A DNA stretch of 64,000 nucleotides from Sphingobacteriaceae bacterium. Lineage in GTDB: Bacteria; Bacteroidota; Bacteroidia; UBA7662. Shown here piece by piece: positions 36,645 to 45,440 of this stretch (the first letter of the stretch is position 1; each line of letters starts with the position of its first letter). The stretch lies in assembly GCA_013824115.1 (NCBI GenBank), contig PNNG01000022.1, positions 14,610-78,609 of the forward strand. The letters run 5' to 3'. The notes beneath the pieces are model-generated. The model searched no databases. It saw nothing but the letters and a program-made list of their open reading frames with translations, and was not told where the DNA came from. The translations under genes and the position numbers were made by a program.

Positions 36645-37580
36645 ATGGATAACTGCCTCAATTGCAATCACCCACTTCAGCCTAATGATCATTTTTGCAG
36701 CAATTGCGGCCAAAAAGCCAAAACCAGCAGGTTGCCATTTTGGTCGGGCCTTTCTGATTTTTTTATCAATGCTTTTTCTTTTGATTCAAAGGTTTTTGTC
36801 TCTTTACGCGAATTATTGCTGAAGCCAGGCCTCATTACCCAGCAGTACAATGCAGGCATGCAAGCCCGTTTTGTGGTGCCACTGCGCATGTACCTGACCA
36901 TTTCCTTGGTTTTCTTTTTGGTAGAGGCCTTTGTTGAAAAAATGAATGAAAAGGAGCCTTGGGAGGTTTACGGCACAGAAGAGAAGTCTGAATCTCCCTT
37001 CGAAGTGGAAGAGGTAGATTCAACCGATAGCCCTATGACCTTGAATTTAGGAGGAGGCAACTATTCGGGATGGGGCGAATGGATCAGAAAACATCCTGGC
37101 ATGTCACCAGAATTGGCACTAGACAGCCTTGGGAAGCCGGTTACTTTTTGGAACAAATTCATGTATTCGCAGATTTATAAGATTGCACGTTTCGAAAGGC
37201 AAGAGTTTAACGACTACTTAGCATCAAAAACACAACTGCTCATTTTCTTGTTTTTGCCGCTTATCGCCTTGGTGCTCAAATGGGTTTACATCCGCCATGA
37301 TATTTACTATTTCGAGCACTTGGTATTCGCACTGCACATCCAATCGGTCTTTTTTATCTTACTGACGGTGCAAACCATTTTCGATTTTGCGGCAGGAACA
37401 GATACGCTGCTATTGGTGTTCGGAGCTTTTGCCCTGTATTTGCTTTTGGCTATGAAACGTGTTTACGACCAAAATTGGCCTAAAACCGCAATGAAGTTTT
37501 TCGTTACCAACTGCTTGGCCTTGGCTACCTTGGGTACATTTGGAGGCATGTTGTTCATCGTTCTGTTTATGTTGTTTTAA
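36645..37580 (+). CDS. DUF3667-like membrane protein with N-terminal zinc ribbon
   Basis: MDNCLNCNHPLQPNDHFCSNCGQKA, followed by several TM helices. Confidence 0.55.
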   Translation: MDNCLNCNHPLQPNDHFCSNCGQKAKTSRLPFWSGLSDFFINAFSFDSKVFVSLRELLLKPGLITQQYNAGMQARFVVPLRMYLTISLVFFLVEAFVEKMNEKEPWEVYGTEEKSESPFEVEEVDSTDSPMTLNLGGGNYSGWGEWIRKHPGMSPELALDSLGKPVTFWNKFMYSQIYKIARFERQEFNDYLASKTQLLIFLFLPLIALVLKWVYIRHDIYYFEHLVFALHIQSVFFILLTVQTIFDFAAGTDTLLLVFGAFALYLLLAMKRVYDQNWPKTAMKFFVTNCLALATLGTFGGMLFIVLFMLF

Positions 37581-38173
37581 CGTCTCCATTGCCTTTTTTG
37601 CAGTACGCTTACAACTTCCTGCAATGAAGTTTCTTTGCCGGCAAGCAATACCAAAAGGTGATACAGTAAGTCGGCAGCTTCCTCGTGCAATTTGTTTAAA
37701 TCGTCATTTTTAGCGGCAATTACCGTCTCTACACCTTCTTCACCCACTTTCTGCGCCATGCGGTCGATTCCCGAGGCCAACAGCTGGTTGGTATAGGAGC
37801 CTACTACAGGCTGTTTTTTGCGTGTTTGAATGAGCTCGTGAAGCTGTTCGAGGAAATGGAAGGGCGTTTCCCTTTCGCCAAAGCAACTGCTGCTGCCCGT
37901 GTGACAGGTGGGGCCTACCGGCTTCACCCTGAATAGCAGGGCATCGGCATCGCAATCGGTACGCCAGCTCAGCAACTCCAAAAAGTTGCCAGAACTTTCG
38001 CCTTTTACCCACAGGCGGTTTTTACTGCGACTAAAAAAACAAATGCGTTTATCGCGCAGGCTTTGCTCAAAGGCTTCGGCATTCATGTAGCCGAGCATGA
38101 GCACACGACCCGTTTGGTCGTCTTGTATGATGGCAGGCAAAAGGCCCTGGCTGAAGTTAGGGGAGGAGGTCAT
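37577..38173 (-). CDS. hisIE: Bifunctional phosphoribosyl-AMP cyclohydrolase / phosphoribosyl-ATP pyrophosphatase
   Basis: 198 aa. LPAIIQDDQTGRVLMLGYMN…CHTGSSSCFG plus a C-terminal HisE helix region. Last gene of the his operon. Confidence 0.9.
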   Translation of the reverse strand: MTSSPNFSQGLLPAIIQDDQTGRVLMLGYMNAEAFEQSLRDKRICFFSRSKNRLWVKGESSGNFLELLSWRTDCDADALLFRVKPVGPTCHTGSSSCFGERETPFHFLEQLHELIQTRKKQPVVGSYTNQLLASGIDRMAQKVGEEGVETVIAAKNDDLNKLHEEAADLLYHLLVLLAGKETSLQEVVSVLQKRQWRR

Positions 38174-38925
38174 AAGCGGATGGGGATATTTTGGTCTTGG
38201 AGGTACAATTTGAGGTCGGCGATGGGTATTTCTCCGAAGTGAAACACGCTGGCAGCCAGTGCTGCATCGGCATGTGCTTCGTTGAATACTTGAGCAAAGT
38301 GAGCCATGCTTCCGGCACCGCCGCTGGCAATTACGGGTACGGGCAATTGGGTAGCGAATTGTCGGGTAAGGGTTAGTTCAAAGCCGTCTTTGGTGCCATC
38401 GGCATCCATGCTGGTGAGCAGTATTTCGCCGGCGCCACGGGCAACGCCTTCCAGGCCCCAGTCGAAGGCATCACGGCCGGTAGCCAGTTGTCCTCCTTGC
38501 AGGTACACTTCGTAGCCTGTGTGGTTTTTGCGGGCATCTATGGCCAGCACCACGCACTGACTGCCGAAGCGCTTGGCAGCGGCCTCTAAAAGCTCGGGCT
38601 GGCGAAAAGCGGCACTGTTGAGGCTTACTTTGTCGGCACCGGCCTCCAAAAGTGCTTCAATGGTTTGCAAATTACCAATGCCGCCGCCCACGGTAAAAGG
38701 GATGGTTAGCACCTGTGCAACAGCTTCTACCAAGGGCAGGAGCGTGCTGCGCTGTTCGGCCGTGGCACTGATGTCGAGCAATACCAATTCATCGGCGCCA
38801 GCCTCGGCATAATGCGCAGCCAAGGCTACCGGATCGCCGGCATCGCGCAGTGCTTCAAAACGTACGCCCTTTACAGTACGCCCGTTTTTGATGTCTAAAC
38901 AGGGGATGATGCGTTTAGCCAGCAT
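38170..38925 (-). CDS. hisF: Imidazole glycerol phosphate synthase cyclase subunit
   Basis: Start trimmed to the ATG at 38925 (MLAKRIIPCLDIKNGRTVKG). The track start at 39135 lies inside hisA. Confidence 0.9.
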   Translation of the reverse strand: MLAKRIIPCLDIKNGRTVKGVRFEALRDAGDPVALAAHYAEAGADELVLLDISATAEQRSTLLPLVEAVAQVLTIPFTVGGGIGNLQTIEALLEAGADKVSLNSAAFRQPELLEAAAKRFGSQCVVLAIDARKNHTGYEVYLQGGQLATGRDAFDWGLEGVARGAGEILLTSMDADGTKDGFELTLTRQFATQLPVPVIASGGAGSMAHFAQVFNEAHADAALAASVFHFGEIPIADLKLYLQDQNIPIRL

Positions 38926-39655
38926 AAGTTCCTTTTTGTAACAATTCAATCCAGCGCATGCGGGGCACCACATCTTCGTACAAAGCCTTGCCAATGATGG
39001 CGCCGTAGCAACCGACGTCGGCCAGGGCTTGCACATCGCCCGGACCACGTACTCCGCCGCTGGCAATGATGCGCAGCTGCGGAAAAGCAGTGCACAAATC
39101 GGCATAGAGCTCGGTTGCCGGTCCGCGCATGGCACCGTCGCGACTCACTTCGGTCACAAAAACCTCCTGCAGGCCTCGCTCTGCCCAGTATTCTAGAAAG
39201 CCCGAAAGGCCGATTTCGCTTTGGGCGGTCCAGGCGCGACTTACCAACATGCCATTACGCACATCGGCCGCCAGCAACAGCCGGGCAGGTCCACGCAATT
39301 GCAAAAAGGCTTCTACCAAGGCTGGCTGTTCTAAGGCCAAACTGCCCACTGTAACTTGCTGTGCGCCGGCCGAAAGTACGCTTTCCATAGCTTCAAGGCT
39401 ACGTACGCCACCGCCAAAATCGATTTGCATTTGGGTGTGCGAAGCCAGTTTTTCGAGTACAGCCAATTGTTTCAAGCTACCTGCTTTGGCACCATCTAAA
39501 TCAACCAAATGCAGGCGTTTAAATCCCATTTGTTCAAGTTTTAGTGCAACTTGAAGTGGATCGCTCGAATAGGTGGTTTTTTGGTTGAAGTCGCCCTGAT
39601 GTAAGCGCACTACTTGGCCTCCGATGAGGTCGATGGCGGGTATAGGAACAATCAT
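38915..39655 (-). CDS. hisA: ProFAR isomerase
   Basis: Start trimmed to the ATG at 39655 (MIVPIPAIDLIGGQVVRLHQGDF). Confidence 0.9.
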   Translation of the reverse strand: MIVPIPAIDLIGGQVVRLHQGDFNQKTTYSSDPLQVALKLEQMGFKRLHLVDLDGAKAGSLKQLAVLEKLASHTQMQIDFGGGVRSLEAMESVLSAGAQQVTVGSLALEQPALVEAFLQLRGPARLLLAADVRNGMLVSRAWTAQSEIGLSGFLEYWAERGLQEVFVTEVSRDGAMRGPATELYADLCTAFPQLRIIASGGVRGPGDVQALADVGCYGAIIGKALYEDVVPRMRWIELLQKGTYAG

Positions 39656-40236
39656 AAGTTGAGGAAATTTTGGAGCAAGCGGCTGCCTTGTGGACCGCTT
39701 CGCTCGGGGTGAAATTGAACAGCATAAAAGTTGCCTGAGGCGAGGGCGCTGCTGTAGGCAAAGCCGTATTCGGTACGGGCGATGGTATAAGCATCTTCGG
39801 GCAGGTAGTAGCCGTGTACGTGGTACATCCATACCGAAGAGGGTAGTCCATCGAAAAGTGGGTGCCCGTTGTGCTGTACTTGGTTCCAGCCCATTTGAGG
39901 GACCTTACCTACGGCATCGGGAAAGCGCTTCACTTTGCCATTAAGGATGCCTAAACAGGCTGTTTCGCCTTCTTCCGAAGAAGCCGCCAGCAATTGCATG
40001 CCCAGACAGATGCCCAAAACGGGCTGTTTTAGCCCTTTGAGTACCGCATCGAGTCCGATATCGCTGAGGTGAGCCATGGCCGCACCAGCAGCGCCTACAC
40101 CAGGAAATATCACCTTATCGGCCGACTGAAGCTCACTGGGAGAAGCCGTGAGTTGCGCCTGCACGCCCAGCCTTTCGAGCGCCAGCAGCACCGAGCGCAC
40201 ATTGCCGGCATTGTATTTCACTACAGCGACTTTCAT
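39652..40236 (-). CDS. hisH: Imidazole glycerol phosphate synthase glutamine amidotransferase subunit
   Basis: 194 aa. GICLGMQLL catalytic Cys motif and FHPE. Confidence 0.9.
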   Translation of the reverse strand: MKVAVVKYNAGNVRSVLLALERLGVQAQLTASPSELQSADKVIFPGVGAAGAAMAHLSDIGLDAVLKGLKQPVLGICLGMQLLAASSEEGETACLGILNGKVKRFPDAVGKVPQMGWNQVQHNGHPLFDGLPSSVWMYHVHGYYLPEDAYTIARTEYGFAYSSALASGNFYAVQFHPERSGPQGSRLLQNFLNL

Positions 40237-41360
40237 AGGGTGCCTTTGGTGGATGGGAGTTCGTCGGGACGACTGCTAAAGTCGGTCGCCTGTCGCAAGC
40301 AACGTGCAAAGGCCTTGAAGCAACTTTCGAGCAAGTGGTGGTCGTTGTTTCCTGTGGCGCTGAGTTGCAGGTTGCAGGCAGCGGCATCAGAAAACGATCT
40401 GAAGAAGTGTTCTGCCATTTGTGTCGGGAAAATACCTAGCATGCTTTGCTCGAATTTCACTTGCCATTGCAATGCAGGCCGGCCACCAAAGTCGATGCTG
40501 GCTTGTACCAAAGCCTCATCCATGGGCAGCACAAAAGCGTATCGGTTGATGCCCGTTTTTTTGCCCAAGGCGCGCTTAAATGCCTCACCCAGGGCCAAGC
40601 CCACATCTTCCACACTGTGGTGGGCGTCGATTTCTAGATCGCCTTGGCAGCTTATTTCGAGGTCGTAGCCTCCGTGCCTGCTCAATTGTTCCAGCATATG
40701 GTCGAAAAAGGGGATGCCGGTGTTGAGCCGACTAAAACCTTGTCCATCGAGATTCAGTGCCACCCGGATGTTGGTTTCTCGGGTCTTGCGGATGACTTCA
40801 ACACGACGAGGCAAGGAGCGGAGGTAGCGGTAGATGTCGGGCCAGCGGTTGCTTACTAAATCGGCCTGCAAAGGTGCAGGTACCAACTTCTTTTCTTGCT
40901 CGAACCAAATGGCTTTACATCCCAAATTTTGAGCGAGTTGTAAATCGGTTAATCGGTCGCCAATTACAAAGCTGTTGGCCAAATCGTAGCCCTGCAGGTA
41001 CGACTGCAACATGCCTGTGCCGGGTTTGCGCATGATGAGGTGATGGGGCAAGGCCCAGTCGATATCGGCTTCAAAATGCGGGTCGATATGCACAGCAACA
41101 AAGCGGATGCCCTCGCCGGCCAGGCTGCGGATAAGCAAATCCTGCAGCGCGTTGAAAACTTCCAGGGGATAGCTTGCTTTGCCCAGGCCGTCCTGGTTGC
41201 TCACCATCACCAATTCGTAATCGAGTTCGCGGGCAATGCGGCCCAATCCTTCGAAAAGGCCGGGAACGAATTGGAATTTGTCGAGGCTGTCGACCTGGAA
41301 AGTATCGGCTGGTTCGTGCAAAAGCACCCCGTCGCGGTCAATAAACAGTACTTTTTTCAT
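40233..41360 (-). CDS. hisB: Bifunctional histidinol-phosphatase / imidazoleglycerol-phosphate dehydratase
   Basis: 375 aa. HAD-type N-terminus (LFIDRDGVL) plus an IGPD C-terminus (HHSVEDVGLALG, NDHHLLES). Confidence 0.9.
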   Translation of the reverse strand: MKKVLFIDRDGVLLHEPADTFQVDSLDKFQFVPGLFEGLGRIARELDYELVMVSNQDGLGKASYPLEVFNALQDLLIRSLAGEGIRFVAVHIDPHFEADIDWALPHHLIMRKPGTGMLQSYLQGYDLANSFVIGDRLTDLQLAQNLGCKAIWFEQEKKLVPAPLQADLVSNRWPDIYRYLRSLPRRVEVIRKTRETNIRVALNLDGQGFSRLNTGIPFFDHMLEQLSRHGGYDLEISCQGDLEIDAHHSVEDVGLALGEAFKRALGKKTGINRYAFVLPMDEALVQASIDFGGRPALQWQVKFEQSMLGIFPTQMAEHFFRSFSDAAACNLQLSATGNNDHHLLESCFKAFARCLRQATDFSSRPDELPSTKGTL

Positions 41361-42403
41361 GATAGGGATTGAAGGGTGGCTAACAAACGGTTGTTTTCCT
41401 CGGGTGTGCCTACAGTCATACGCAGGCAGCCTTCGAGTTGGGGAACACGGGACCGATCACGTACAATGATGCCATTCGATAAAAGTTTCTGATAGGTACC
41501 ATTTGCGTCGGCAAAGCGCACCAGCAAAAAATTGGCCTGACTGGGAAACACCTGTTCGACTTGAGGCAGGCTTTGCAGGACTTCGGCCAAGCGGTTACGT
41601 TCGTTTACGAGCTGTCGGGTTTGTTCGGCAAAACGATTTGCTGCATTTAGCGCGTCCAAAGCCAATTGCTGACTGGGTGTTGCCAGGTTGTAAGGCGCTT
41701 TGATGCGTTGCAGTAGCTCCACAATGCGGGGGTGGGCAAAGGCCATCCCCAGTCGCAGTCCGGCTTGTCCCCAGGCCTTCGAAAGGGTCTGCAGCACCAC
41801 CAGCTTGGGGTAACGGGCCAAAAGGGGCGCCACAGAGGCTTCAGGACCTGCAAAATCGATGTAGGCTTCGTCTACCACTACCAAGCCCGGGAAAGCGTTT
41901 AGAAGTGCCTCCAAACGGCCGTTTTCAACCAGGTTGCCGGTGGGATTGTTGGGCGAACACAAAAACAGCAGTTTGCTGGATGCACTGGCAGTTTTGAGAA
42001 TGGCCTCCACATGGGGCTGGAAACCGGCCATCAGTGGAATTTCCTTAACCCGCAGGTTCTGTATGGCTGCCGAAATGGCGTAAACGCCGTAGGTAGGCGG
42101 ACAAAGCAGCACCTCGTCCTTGCCGGGTCGGCCCACCAAGCGGCACAGCAGGTCAATGGCTTCGTCAGATCCTTGCCCCGTAAACACCTGTTCAGGTCTC
42201 AAATTTTTTATTTCTGCCAATTTGTTTCTGAGAGTAACCTGCAGTGGATCGGGGTAGCGGTTGTAAGTGTTTTCGGGAAAGGGGTTTTCGTTGGCATCCA
42301 AAAATACCTCGGCCCGGCCGCCAAATTCGTGGCGTGCGGTGGCATAGGGCTGCAGTTCAAGCAAGTGAGGCTGCACCAACTGGTCAATCAACAAGCGGCT
42401 CAT
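41357..42403 (-). CDS. hisC: Histidinol-phosphate aminotransferase
   Basis: 348 aa. Class-II aminotransferase pattern with LSKAWGQAGLRLG (PLP Lys). Confidence 0.9.
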   Translation of the reverse strand: MSRLLIDQLVQPHLLELQPYATARHEFGGRAEVFLDANENPFPENTYNRYPDPLQVTLRNKLAEIKNLRPEQVFTGQGSDEAIDLLCRLVGRPGKDEVLLCPPTYGVYAISAAIQNLRVKEIPLMAGFQPHVEAILKTASASSKLLFLCSPNNPTGNLVENGRLEALLNAFPGLVVVDEAYIDFAGPEASVAPLLARYPKLVVLQTLSKAWGQAGLRLGMAFAHPRIVELLQRIKAPYNLATPSQQLALDALNAANRFAEQTRQLVNERNRLAEVLQSLPQVEQVFPSQANFLLVRFADANGTYQKLLSNGIIVRDRSRVPQLEGCLRMTVGTPEENNRLLATLQSLS

Positions 42404-43686
42404 GAGATCACCTCCAGTTTTTGACGACGCAAGGCCATCGCTAATCGGTGGGCATCGAGTTGCTCGGCGGCAGCCATGCTTTCAACCACGGGGGCCAATT
42501 GCCGAACGCCTTCAGCCGAAAGCTCCTGGAAGGTGATTTTTTTCACAAAACTGTCGAGCGATACTCCGCTATACGCCCTCGCAAAGCCGTTGGTGGGCAA
42601 GGTGTGGTTGGTGCCAGAGGCATAATCGCCGGCACTTTCGCAACTCCAGGGGCCTAGGAAAACCGAGCCAGCATTCACCACCTGCTCAGCAAGTTCACTC
42701 GCGTTGGCGCAGTTGAGGATGAGGTGTTCGGGAGCGTAGGCATTGAGCAGTTCCATGGCCTCGGTTTCGCTGGCCACCAAAACAGCGCGGCTGTTGGCGA
42801 TGGCAGCCGATGCCAAATCACAGCGGGGCAGAGAAGCCAGCTGTTGGGTCAGCGCTTGGTCGGTGGCTTCCAGCAAATCGGCAGAAGTGCTTATTAGCAA
42901 TACCTGCGAATCGCTGCCGTGCTCGGCCTGACTCAATAGGTCGGCAGCTACCAAGGCGGGGTCGGCTGCAGCATCGGCAAAAACCGCCACCTCCGAGGGA
43001 CCGGCCGGCATATCGATGGCAATGCCTTGCGCAGCAACCGACATTTTGGCAGCAGTAACATATTGGTTACCTGGTCCAAATAATTTGTCAACGCGGGTAA
43101 TACTTGAAGTGCCGTATGCCATTGCTCCAATGGCCTGAGCCCCTCCCAAAGCATATACTTCGCTGATGCCGCACAAGGAAGCAGCGTACAAAATGGCGGG
43201 GTGCAGGCGGCCTTGGGCGTCGGGCGGACTGCACAAAACCACTTCTTTGCATCCGGCCAGTTTGGCGGGAATGCCTAGCATCAGCACGGTTGAAAAAAGC
43301 GGAGCTGTACCGCCCGGAATGTACAAGCCCACCCGCTGTATGGCTACCGATTTTCGCCAGCAACGCACGCCTGGCATGGTTTCAATAACCGCTTCTTGGT
43401 GCCTTTGAGAAGCGTGGAAACGCTCAATATTCGCCGCCGCCTGCTGCATGGCCTTTTTAAATGGCTCCTCGAGGCCGCTGCCAGCCGAATTAATTTCTGC
43501 AGCGGTGAGCCGGCGCGGAGCCTGTCCATCGAAGCGCAGGGCGAATCGCTCTAGGGCGGCATCGCCTTCTTCGCGCACGGCATCGAGCAATTGCTGCACC
43601 TTGTTCTGCAGGTCGCGCTGATCGTATACAGGCCTTTGAATTATTTCTGACCAAATGTTTCTGGAAGGAAGTGAATAGGTCTTCAT
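42400..43686 (-). CDS. hisD: Histidinol dehydrogenase
   Basis: 428 aa. …SQAEHGSDSQ… and …GDYASGTNHTLPT… motifs. Confidence 0.92.
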   Translation of the reverse strand: MKTYSLPSRNIWSEIIQRPVYDQRDLQNKVQQLLDAVREEGDAALERFALRFDGQAPRRLTAAEINSAGSGLEEPFKKAMQQAAANIERFHASQRHQEAVIETMPGVRCWRKSVAIQRVGLYIPGGTAPLFSTVLMLGIPAKLAGCKEVVLCSPPDAQGRLHPAILYAASLCGISEVYALGGAQAIGAMAYGTSSITRVDKLFGPGNQYVTAAKMSVAAQGIAIDMPAGPSEVAVFADAAADPALVAADLLSQAEHGSDSQVLLISTSADLLEATDQALTQQLASLPRCDLASAAIANSRAVLVASETEAMELLNAYAPEHLILNCANASELAEQVVNAGSVFLGPWSCESAGDYASGTNHTLPTNGFARAYSGVSLDSFVKKITFQELSAEGVRQLAPVVESMAAAEQLDAHRLAMALRRQKLEVIS

Positions 43687-44540
43687 GCAATCATTTTTTC
43701 AATGGGGACTACCAAAATGCCTTCTGCACCTGCTTCTTTGAGCTTTTCGATGACCTCCCAAAACTGGTTTTCTTCGATTACCGAGTGCAGGCTGCTCCAG
43801 CCGGGCAGGGCCAATGGCAAAACGGTGGGGCTTTTGATGCCTGGCAGTAAGCCAATGATATCGTCCAATTTGTCGTTGGGAGCGTTGAGCAGGATGTATT
43901 TGTTGCGGTTGGCTTGCTGAACGGCCTCAATGCGAAAAAGCAAACGCTGAAGCAAAGCCTTTTTTTCGGCGCTTAATTGTGGAGGTCGAGCAAGTACGGC
44001 CTCGCTTTGCAGCACGGTTTCTACCTCACGCAGTCCGTTGGTGAGCAGGGTAGAGCCGGTGTTCACCAGGTCGCAAATGGCATCGGCCAATCCAATGCCG
44101 GGTGCAATTTCAACCGAGCCACTAATCTCGTGTATTTCGGCATCTACGTGCTTTTCGCGCAAAAATTCCCGAAGTAAACCAGGGTAAGAAGTCGCTATCC
44201 GTTTGCCCCTCAACGACGCCAATGAAAGGTATGCTTCATTTTTGGGCACCGCCAGCGCCAAACGACATTGACCAAATCCGAGTTTGGCAGCAACAGTGAG
44301 GGGAAGTTGCTTTTCGTACAGCACATTTTCGCCCACCATGCCTAAATCGGCCACGCCGTCGGCCACGTATTGGGGAATGTCGTCGTCGCGCAGGAAGTAC
44401 AATTCCAAGGGGAAATTAAGGGCTTCGGTTCGCAGTTTGCCTGCTCCGTTGCTGAAACGGATGCCGCAGGCTTTGAGCAGGCCGAGGCTTTCGTCGCTCA
44501 GTCGGCCCGATTTCTGAATCGCTATTTTTAGGTTTTCCAT
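43683..44540 (-). CDS. hisG: ATP phosphoribosyltransferase (long form)
   Basis: 285 aa. MENLKIAIQKSGRL…, DLVNTGSTL motif. First gene of the operon. Confidence 0.9.
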   Translation of the reverse strand: MENLKIAIQKSGRLSDESLGLLKACGIRFSNGAGKLRTEALNFPLELYFLRDDDIPQYVADGVADLGMVGENVLYEKQLPLTVAAKLGFGQCRLALAVPKNEAYLSLASLRGKRIATSYPGLLREFLREKHVDAEIHEISGSVEIAPGIGLADAICDLVNTGSTLLTNGLREVETVLQSEAVLARPPQLSAEKKALLQRLLFRIEAVQQANRNKYILLNAPNDKLDDIIGLLPGIKSPTVLPLALPGWSSLHSVIEENQFWEVIEKLKEAGAEGILVVPIEKMIA

Positions 44541-44552
44541 GGTTGAAAGGGG

Positions 44553-44594
44553 TAAAAAACAAAAAGGGCTTGCCGGAAATCCGACAAGCCCTCA
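44553..44594 (-). terminator. Attenuator terminator between the leader peptide and hisG
   Basis: Minus strand: GGGCTTGTCGG-ATTT-CCGGCAAGCCC (11 bp, one G-U), followed by TTTTTGTTTTTT. Ends about 13 nt before the hisG ATG. Confidence 0.7.
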
Positions 44595-44612
44595 GGTATG
44601 TGTGCGCTGCGC

Positions 44613-44690
44613 TTAGCCCTGTACACAAATCACCCGTGCTGCCGGAGGCAGGTGCAGATGATGGTGCCAATGGATAAGGTTGCGAAACAT
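44613..44690 (-). CDS. His-rich leader peptide (25 aa), MFRNLIHWHHHLHLPPAARVICVQG
   Basis: Own translation of the minus strand: ATG TTT CGC AAC CTT ATC CAT TGG CAC CAT CAT CTG CAC … TAA. Five His codons fall within seven positions. Lies 73 nt upstream of hisG. Confidence 0.6.
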   Translation of the reverse strand: MFRNLIHWHHHLHLPPAARVICVQG

Positions 44691-44803
44691 TGCTGGTGCA
44701 AATAAAAGTGGGTGAGGGCAGGCTTCCAAATGTTTGTGATCCTTTTGTGAAATATTTTTTTTGCTATGTGTTTGGAATTTGTGTGTGTGATGTATTTTTG
44801 GGA

Positions 44804-45439
44804 ATGAAAAAACTTATGCACTTATTGTTTGGAGTGCTGGGCTTTATTTCACTTGAAAATGAAGTCTCCGCACAAAGTCAATCCAACTCCATGGTCATTA
44901 AAATGGACAAGGAGAGCAAAATTGCACAAGTGGTTTTTTACAATCAGGCAGATACATTGAAAGGAAAACTACAGCTATTGAAAACCGAAAATGGTAAAAT
45001 CGTCAAGTATGTTATCAAAAAGGGGCCTTTAAGAACCATTAGCCTAACGGAAGCTCAACTTGCTCAAATCAAAGTTCATCGGGTATACAAGCGTTGGGCA
45101 TTTCCAGTTACGGTTGAATATCCCGATGGCCAAACAGGAACCAGTTGGCCAACCTACCTTGAAGGAAATGATTTATTGCTGGGTGTGATGAGTGAGAAAG
45201 TGACAGAAGCAATGGATGAAGAAACAGCTGCCACTTTTGAATTGCAAACCTATTGTTGGAAATACAAGGGCGAAAGTGTAGCCATTGATGAAGATTTTTT
45301 GGCCCAAAATCTAAGCCGTTGGGAAAACGATTTGGGCATAAAGCTAGGGCTGGTACCTACCGACGCCTTTAATCGGGAGAAATTGATTGCGCTGACACGC
45401 ACCATTGAGCCGCATTTGGCCAAGTGGCCGGGTTGGTAG
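44804..45439 (+). CDS. Hypothetical secreted protein (low-GC gene)
   Basis: ATG at 44804 (MKKLMHLLFGVLGFISLENEVSAQ signal peptide). A TATTTTTG box lies at 44793-44800. The track start at 44690 is rejected. Confidence 0.55.
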   Translation: MKKLMHLLFGVLGFISLENEVSAQSQSNSMVIKMDKESKIAQVVFYNQADTLKGKLQLLKTENGKIVKYVIKKGPLRTISLTEAQLAQIKVHRVYKRWAFPVTVEYPDGQTGTSWPTYLEGNDLLLGVMSEKVTEAMDEETAATFELQTYCWKYKGESVAIDEDFLAQNLSRWENDLGIKLGLVPTDAFNREKLIALTRTIEPHLAKWPGW

Positions 45440-45440
45440 C

